A stretch of DNA of 59,602 nucleotides, taken from the NCBI GenBank assembly GCA_002269645.1, contig NIVC01002904.1, positions 1-59,602 on the forward strand, given 5' to 3'. Below are positions 52,848 through 59,602 of the stretch, one piece after another. How positions within the stretch are numbered: position 1 is the stretch's first letter; every line of letters begins with the position of its first letter. Both the position numbers and the translations under genes were made by a program. The notes beneath the pieces were generated by a model. That model did no database searches and was not told the origin of the DNA. It saw only the letters and a list, made by a program, of their open reading frames with translations. The stretch comes from Macrostomum lignano (Eukaryota).

Positions 52848-54154
52848 AAATTTTAACTGATTTTATCGAATCTTTTACGATTCCAATCTTCGTTTCTCCG
52901 TCTTCTCTCTGCATGCTCTCCTCTCTCTATAAGCTATCATGTTTTCTAACACCTACGAAGTTCTCCCGTGATTTTATCCCAAACCTTCCACTCCCATTCT
53001 ATAATCCGGAATTACCTTGGCCAGCGCGCCTTTCAAAAGCTTGTCGGAATTCTGATGAGTGAACCCTCAGTCGAGGTGAGCAGGAAAAGCACGTCAGGTT
53101 GACGGCAGCAACGGGTATCAGTGAGGATTGCCTCATCTGAGTCCAGCATGGTTACAATATTTCCATAGTGCACTTTTCAATGCAACTACAGAGTGTAAAA
53201 ATGTATCTGGAAGTAAGCTTGGGGTCACTAATTCATTGCATAACTATTAATTCACCTATTTTCATTCCAAGAGGGGATGTAGCATTTGAGACCTAAAAGA
53301 GATGTTACAGGCCTTAAAGAGATATTGTAGACTATAAAAAATCTGCGTACTTCATCATCCAATTTCAGTGCTTTGAAGTCAGTCCGATGGGACCCTTCGG
53401 GACTTTACGAGCTAAGCACGTAGTTATAAAAAAAGTTATAAGGAATAAAATCTGCTTGTCAAAAGCTGCGTCCTAGCTACACTACTACCAGTAGCAAGTG
53501 AAGATTCGCTAGCGTTATCTTGGTAAACTAAGGGTTGACAAAAAATTCAAAGATCTTAGCGAACCCCCCCCCCCTCGAGGGTTTACAACGAATCGCTCTG
53601 AATTCTGCAGATTCTTGAGACAGCTGGCATTGGGATAATTATCCTACCGCCTGCCCGGCAACGCCTGAGCTGGCTCAGCTCATTCTTCTGAGCAAGTTTG
53701 TCTGGTTTCTGGTGCTCTGGCTCTGCCGGATCGCTTGCTTAGGGAATGGCGACAGTAAAAAACTGCCCTGTGAAATGTCTGCCCTTCCATTTTGAGCAGC
53801 CGGTTGGCTTCGATCTCAAATATCTGCATGTCTGGGCAGCGCTTGTGAGAGCCAAAGCCTGCGCGTCTTGTCATTTTCTCTGCCCCCCACTGAAACTCCC
53901 CCTTCTGATCTCTCCCTGGCTCTCTGTCTTCTTTCGCAGGCCAATCCGAAAGCCGCCCCCCGCACAGTCACTCCGCCTCGCTAAGTAATCCCCACCAAAA
54001 TGAGAAGGGAACTGACTAACAGGAGAAAGAATAGATAAGAGGGTGGGAACCCACTGCATACTTAAAGTTTACAACAAGTGACAGGCCTTGGACAGAACTC
54101 AGAGAGGGCCAATTGAGTTAAGTGAGCAGTGAAGAGATTCTGCCTCTTCACGCC

Positions 54155-54303
54155 ATGGAGGACGAGGGCGCCGCAGAGCCGCTGACCCGGCTGTCCACCG
54201 GTAGAAACCGGCCGATGGCCGGGAAGACGCCTCGGAGCAGTCGCGGTGCCAGCGGACGCCGCACCTGTTCCTGCTACCTGGCCACGCAGTACGGAGCAAA
54301 AAT
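54155..54303 (+). CDS. TTLL10: Probable upstream coding exon of the TTLL10-like gene
   Basis: GCCATGG Kozak context at 54155; MEDEG...CYLATQYGAK loosely resembles the TTLL10 N-terminal YxGGxNGA block; donor AT|GTGAGC at 54304. The phase join to the next exon is not cleanly resolved. Confidence 0.45.
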
Positions 54304-54586
54304 GTGAGCACGAGTCAGGAAAGTGACCCATCGCCTTTGATGCGCTGTCGTGAAATTTGACGTCACTCTGAATGACGTCACTCTAAAACAAATTTTGTTA
54401 CAGTCATCAGCTAAGAATGATAAAATAGATTAATAAAACCAATGAGTCGAGCTGTGCCATTCCTACTTAGTAGTCCTTGGTCAAACCCGTGCTTAACTAG
54501 TTTGATTGCACCCAGTCCCGAAATATTCGAATTGTCTCCAGAAATTTTCTAAAAAAGAAGTTGACCTCTGCGTTTGGTTTCTCCAG

Positions 54587-55570
54587 ACAGTGCAAAGCTT
54601 AAGAGCGGTTCAATCATGCGACTCTCTGCAGAATCCGCGAGGTGATGCGGCGCTTAAACTGGCCAGAGGCGGCCGACTCGGCCATTCTCTCGTCGCCGCA
54701 GACGCAGCAGCGAAGGCGGCGCCGCCGCTCACTCTGATCTGGTGCAACGGCTGCCAGGCCGACCTGTTCATCCGCAAGATGCGGCCCGGGCAGCACATCA
54801 TCAGCCGCCTGCCCGGCACCCGCTGCCTGACCAACAAGCTGCTCCTACCGGAGACTCTCAGAGCTCAGGACGCTGCGCCGCAGTGCCGCTGCCGCGATCA
54901 TCCCCGCCTAACGGCCGACGCCGTCCTGCCGGCGACCTTTGTGTTGCGCACCGCGATGCAGAGGCTGCAGTTCCTTCGCCGGATGAGCTCGGAGTCCGGC
55001 AGCCTGTGGATCTGCAAGCCCGCAACGCTGAACCGAGGCGAAGGCATCAAGCTGGTGCGCGCCGAGCTTGACTTCCGTAATCTGTTCAACGACGAGCGCA
55101 CGAACGGCGAGCCGCGACGCGACTGGGTCATTCAAAAGTACATCGAGCGGCCGCTGCTGCTGGCCGGTAAGAAATTCGACCTGCGCGTCTACCTGCTGGT
55201 GCTGGCCACGCTAAACCTCAACTGCCTGGCCTTCTACCACCCCGGCTACGCCCGACTCACCTGCCGCGACTTCGACCTGAAAAGCGACGATCTCTGCTTG
55301 CACCTGACCAATCAAGCCGTGCAGCAGAAGGACTCCGCCTACGATGCGGCCCGGGAGGAGACAATCTGGTCAATCGACAGGCTGAATTGCCACATCAACG
55401 AGCACTGCGAACAGTTAGGACTGGACAAGGACTTCGCCATCTCCGGGATGCAGGTCAGCATCCGTCAGGCGCTGGCGCACCTTGTCGCGGCGACTCGACC
55501 AAAGCTGGCCACCGCCTGCGGCTGCTTTGAGCTGTTTGGCTGCGATTTTCTGGTGGAGGAATCCGGCAAG
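54587..55570 (+). CDS. TTLL10: TTLL10-like tubulin polyglycylase, core TTL domain exon
   Basis: TLIWC, LWICKPATLNRGEGI, VIQKYIERPLLLAGKKFDLRVYLL, GYARLT, HLTNQ, ETIWS, CFELFGCDFLVEESGK. The WICKP, GYARLT and TxWS patterns fit TTLL10 better than TTLL3/8. Phase-0 donor AAG|GTGCGT at 55570; exact acceptor uncertain (54587, 54591 or 54598). Confidence 0.85.
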
Positions 55571-55739
55571 GTGCGTCCACCTGCTGCATACTTCTTGCTC
55601 AGATCTTGTCTTCTTTAATCCCTGGATTGCTTGTTATCGCACCGTACCGTGTATGACTCTTGTGCCAGAGTACCCGGATTCACAATAGTTTTGGAGTCCC
55701 GGCACGCAAATTAGCCTCGCGCTTGTCGAGTCATTCACG

Positions 55740-56250
55740 TCCCCTCCGTCATTTCCCCTCCGGTGTTTCCACTCCGGCACTTCCCCTCCGGACAGTAGTA
55801 GATTGCCACTCCGGCACTTCCACTCCGGACAGTAGTAGATTGCCACTCCGGCACTTCCCCTCCGGCACTTCCCCTCCGGCAATTCCCCTCCGGCGTTTCC
55901 CCTCCGCCGTTTCCCCTCCGCCGTTTCCCCTCCGCCGTTTCCCCTCCGCCGTTTCCCCTCCGACATTCCCTTCCACTGTTTTCTCTCCGGCGCTTCCAGT
56001 TTGATCACCATGCCGATCAACGGTCCGAAAACTGGTGCAGAGCCAACCGCCCAGCGCAGGATATGGAAGGCGTGCGACCAGCGGTTCCGGCGGTTGGCAG
56101 CTGCCTACCAGCACGTCTGGCTGGAGGTGCCCGGCCACTTCCACTTTCATGTCAATTTTCATTTCGAAGGGAAACGCGGAAGGGGAAACGCGGAAGGGGA
56201 AACGCCGAAGGGGAAACGCATGCCGGAGGGGAAATGACAAGGGGGAATGT
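55740..56250. mobile_element. MITE-like inverted-repeat element in a TTLL10 intron
   Basis: GTCATTTCCCCTCCGG (55748-55763) is the exact reverse complement of 56223-56238; internal TTTCCCCTCCG repeats are inverted relative to GGGGAAACG repeats. Confidence 0.55.
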
Positions 56251-56465
56251 CCGGTAGCCTGAAGGTAATGGAAAATTCAGGGCCTACTGTACCATACACA
56301 TGATGTTAGCGTGTGCCCGCGTACGTGTCCCCCTGCTCGCATGTGTGCCCACGGTTCAGCAAAACGGGCACAAATATAAGAATAGAAGGTAGCAGATTCT
56401 CATCAACTGTACAAATGCGGCCCACCCAGCATTGAAAAGCCTTCCAATCGCTTCTCTCCATCCAG

Positions 56466-57007
56466 GTGTGGCTCCTGGAGTTGAACTCCACTCCGGCCTT
56501 GGCCTGTACAACTCCACCCAGGAAGCCATCATACCTGGCGTTGTCCACGAAGCCCTGGCCATCGCCGCCGAGGCTTTCGACCGCGTGTTCCGCCGTCAGC
56601 CAGTTCTGCCACTGTCCGGACAGCAAAAGGAATTCCAGCTGATCTACGACAGCAGCTCGCGTCCCAGACAGCCGAGGCCGACCCTGGTCGAGCGGCAGCA
56701 GAAGGCTGGGCAGCTGGGCAGCCGGACTAGGAGCATGCCGGCACTGAATCTGCACGCAAATTCAGGAATCTCCAGCGCGAAATCCTCGGAGAATCTGCAT
56801 CTGAGTCGGCCATCAACTGCTAGCTCGTCGAACAGTCAACCCCAACAGCTGCAGAAGCAACAGACGCAACAGACCTTGCCACAGCGCCAGCAGCGTGGCG
56901 CGGTAGCGGTCAGGCTGCATAAAGCAAAAAGTAGTCTGTCACTGTCACAGACCAAGCCAAGCAGTGCCAGTCAGGCAGCTGTTGTCAAATCTATTGGCAA
57001 ATTTTGA
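56466..57007 (+). CDS. TTLL10: TTLL10-like terminal exon with a -1 frameshift at ~56509
   Basis: Acceptor TCCAG|GTG gives VWLLELNSTPAL. The next conserved block IIPGVVHEALAIAAEAF...QPVLPL is in another frame; adding one base restores the spacing I recall for TTLL10. Stop TGA 57005-57007. Confidence 0.85.
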
Positions 57008-57071
57008 TTATTCACTTTCTGTGCTAGATCATTCTTGAACTGTCAAGCCGGGGCAAAGCCAAGGACGGGGA

Positions 57072-57705
57072 AGGTCACCATCGATTGAGCCATAGACAAC
57101 TGCAATGTATACGCTGGGCAAATGAGGCTAGAGGAGGTCACCATCGATTGGGCCATAGACAACTGCAATCTATACGCTGGGCAAATGAGGCTAGAGGAGG
57201 TCACCATCGATTGGGCCATAGACAACTGCAATCTATACGCTGGGCAAATGAGGCTAGAGGAGGTCACCATCGATTAGGCCATAGACAACTGCAATGTATA
57301 CGCTGGGCAAATGAGGCTAGAGGAGGTCACCATCGATTGGGCCATAGACAACTGCAATCTATACGCTGGGCAAATGAGGCTAGAGGAGGTCACCATCGAT
57401 TGGGCCATAGACAACTGCAATCTATACGCTGGGCAAATGAGGCTAGAGGAGGTCACCATCGATTAGGCCATAGACAACTGCAATGTATACGCTGGGCAAA
57501 TGAGGCTAGAGGAGGTCACCATCGATTGGGCCATAGACAACTGCAATCTATACGCTGGGCAAATGAGGCTAGAGGAGGTCACCATCGATTGGGCCATAGA
57601 CAACTGCAATCTATACGCTGGGCAAATGAGGCTAGAGGAGGTCACCATCGATTGGGCCATAGACAACTGCAATCTATACGCTGGGCAAATGAGGCCAGAG
57701 TAGGT
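57072..57705. repeat. 63-bp minisatellite, ~10 copies
   Basis: Unit GGTCACCATCGATTGGGCCATAGACAACTGCAATCTATACGCTGGGCAAATGAGGCTAGAGGA; no spacers. Confidence 0.96.
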
Positions 57706-59144
57706 CCACCGATTCAGCCATGGACAGTAGCGAGGGAGGCAGGGCAAGAGCAGCCGACAGGAGAAACAATAAAAGATGTTATACTCACGGTGTTGAAAGC
57801 AAATTCAAGCTTTTTCTCTCTGAAAAATTTTCTGCAAGAAGAAATGATATCGGCTTGAGAAAAAAATTATTTTGCCGCAAAGTCAACCAACTCATTTTAA
57901 TTCTTTCTGCTGGAGCAGAAATTAGCATTTTTAATCATGCAAAAACTTCTATGAGACAGTGAGCTTCTCGACTTTGGCATGCCTGGTTCGATCCCCTAGG
58001 AAATTGTCGGTCCTCGATAGGAGCTATAATAATTATTTTCGAAAAATCGCCATCCCTATATCAATTCAATGAAGGAGTTTAGTCGAATTTGAGACCCGTG
58101 ACTGGTATTTTTAATTGGATTAAAATCTGCTTTAAAAATCAAATTATGCACGCAGAATATACTGATACTTTTAGTAGTCTGTTTAGTATTGTGCCCCGTA
58201 AAATTTTTCTGTGTATCTGTAATAAGCTAGCGCTTCAATTGTCCTTCCATATTGCACTACTTACAACAAGTAGCAAGCGTGACATGTCAAACTGCAGCTT
58301 TTGTAATTAGCATTTTTACTTTTTTACTCGAAGTACAAATGGTAATAATGCTGCGATTGAAAGAGAATTCAAGCCATTTTGGGTGCGCGTTTTTTTTGTT
58401 GCTCCTCTGCGATTTTCCTTTATCTTGTCTTTATGGTTTTTGAAGAGAATAGTTCCTTGTTTTCTCAAAAAAATAAACAAGCAGTAGTAAATTTATTATT
58501 CAAAGCTTTTAAAAGATTTTGGCATACATGCGAGCGTACTCAGCAACATTGAAAACCAACACCCTAGAGCATTGGCAGAGCGATCGACTTCAGCTCACTA
58601 AACTGCATATGGCAGAAGGTTTTCAACTCTCACTCAGGTGCACTGGGTCTAGGGCGGCGGTTTTCAATGTTGCTGAATCTAATGTAATATTACTGGGGCT
58701 ATTGCACTTCTAAAGAAAGTTAAATGGCTTGCAAATGGTCTTTACTCAAAGGCTCAAGGCCAAGGTCAAGGGTTGTTCAACTGAAGTGAATGATTCTATT
58801 TATAGCTCTGAGGGAAATTAATCCTTACCGCAGACTATGTACACAAAGTTCTGCATGTACATTCTCGGTGGGGGTAGGGGGGTGGCGTCGTGTCAGTCGG
58901 GTTAAGCAAGCTACTGAACTAATTTGGCGGTTGGACAGGCCGCTTTTCACGGCCAAGGTTAGTGCGTTTGATGTACATTGCAAGAATGTACACGTTTCAG
59001 TTCACCACCCCTGTTAATATCGATTGGCCTTGAAGAAAGAATCCTCTATAGGCTAGTCTGATATCGAGCGGGGTAATTTATCCAGCATTTTATCGAATTT
59101 GAACCAGAACAACCAAGTCCACCAGCACCAAGCCACAACCAAGC

Positions 59145-59381
59145 ATGGCCAAGCCGAACACAGACTTGGAGAGCGCCGCCATCGATGACGACGTGGACTA
59201 TGAGAGCAACCAGCAGAACTTTGATCACAATGATAGCCGCGTAACCGAAGTCAGCTTCATCTCGGAAAACCGGCTAGTAATGCCAGAGAGTGCGCAGGGG
59301 TGCACCATGAGTCTCAGCCCCATCCTCAGCCTCCGCCGAGACCAACTCTGGCAACGCTGGCGGCTTCCGCTAAACTACTGA
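59145..59381 (+). other. Possible first coding exon of a gene extending beyond the window
   Basis: ATG in AAGCATGG context; acidic MAKPNTDLESAAIDDDVDYESN...; GC-richer than its flanks. No family recognised and no clear donor. Confidence 0.3.
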
Positions 59382-59602
59382 GTCGATTTGGAAGTCAGCA
59401 AAGGCGATCACTGTTGAAGACATTGTGCGAGTTTCTATATCTAACTGAAGTACTAATTGCTTCAAGTAAATGCTTGACTTGATTACTTCTTGTGAACACA
59501 ATAACAAACATTCATGAACATGTAAACTTGAGAATCTCTTATCAATGTGCGATCTGATTTCCCTCCGCTCCCTCCCTCAGAATCTTCTCCCGGAATCTTA
59601 AC

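Noticed and set aside
57072-57705. CRISPR-like regular repeat
   Set aside because: Contiguous 63-bp units with no unique spacers, no cas genes, eukaryotic context.
57985-57995. GGTTCGATCCC B-box/T-loop-like motif
   Set aside because: No A-box or cloverleaf could be built around it.

Overview
Eukaryotic (metazoan) genomic DNA, not prokaryotic. GC-rich exons with GT-AG introns are packed with many unrelated mini- and microsatellites, a style resembling the flatworm Macrostomum (inference only). Four spliced genes were reconstructed by hand: (1) a 7-EC protocadherin on + (889-12995) with several single-base frameshifts; (2) MEPCE/Bin3 7SK methylphosphate capping enzyme on - (20595-17242, 3 exons, 575 aa, intact); (3) an unrecognised multi-exon gene on - (at least 7 phase-consistent exons, 49097-34738, at least 558 aa, 5' end unresolved); (4) a TTLL10-like tubulin polyglycylase on + (~54155-57007, at least one frameshift). 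Two perfect RFX X-boxes lie between the divergent genes 3 and 4, so gene 3 is a candidate ciliary gene. An AT-rich island (~21150-27450) holds nested inverted-repeat elements. Most long ORFs in the supplied track are translations of tandem repeats. I found no rRNA, tRNA, CRISPR array or transposase ORF, and no clearly new multi-gene system. The best leads are the X-box-linked orphan gene and the intron/minisatellite architecture.
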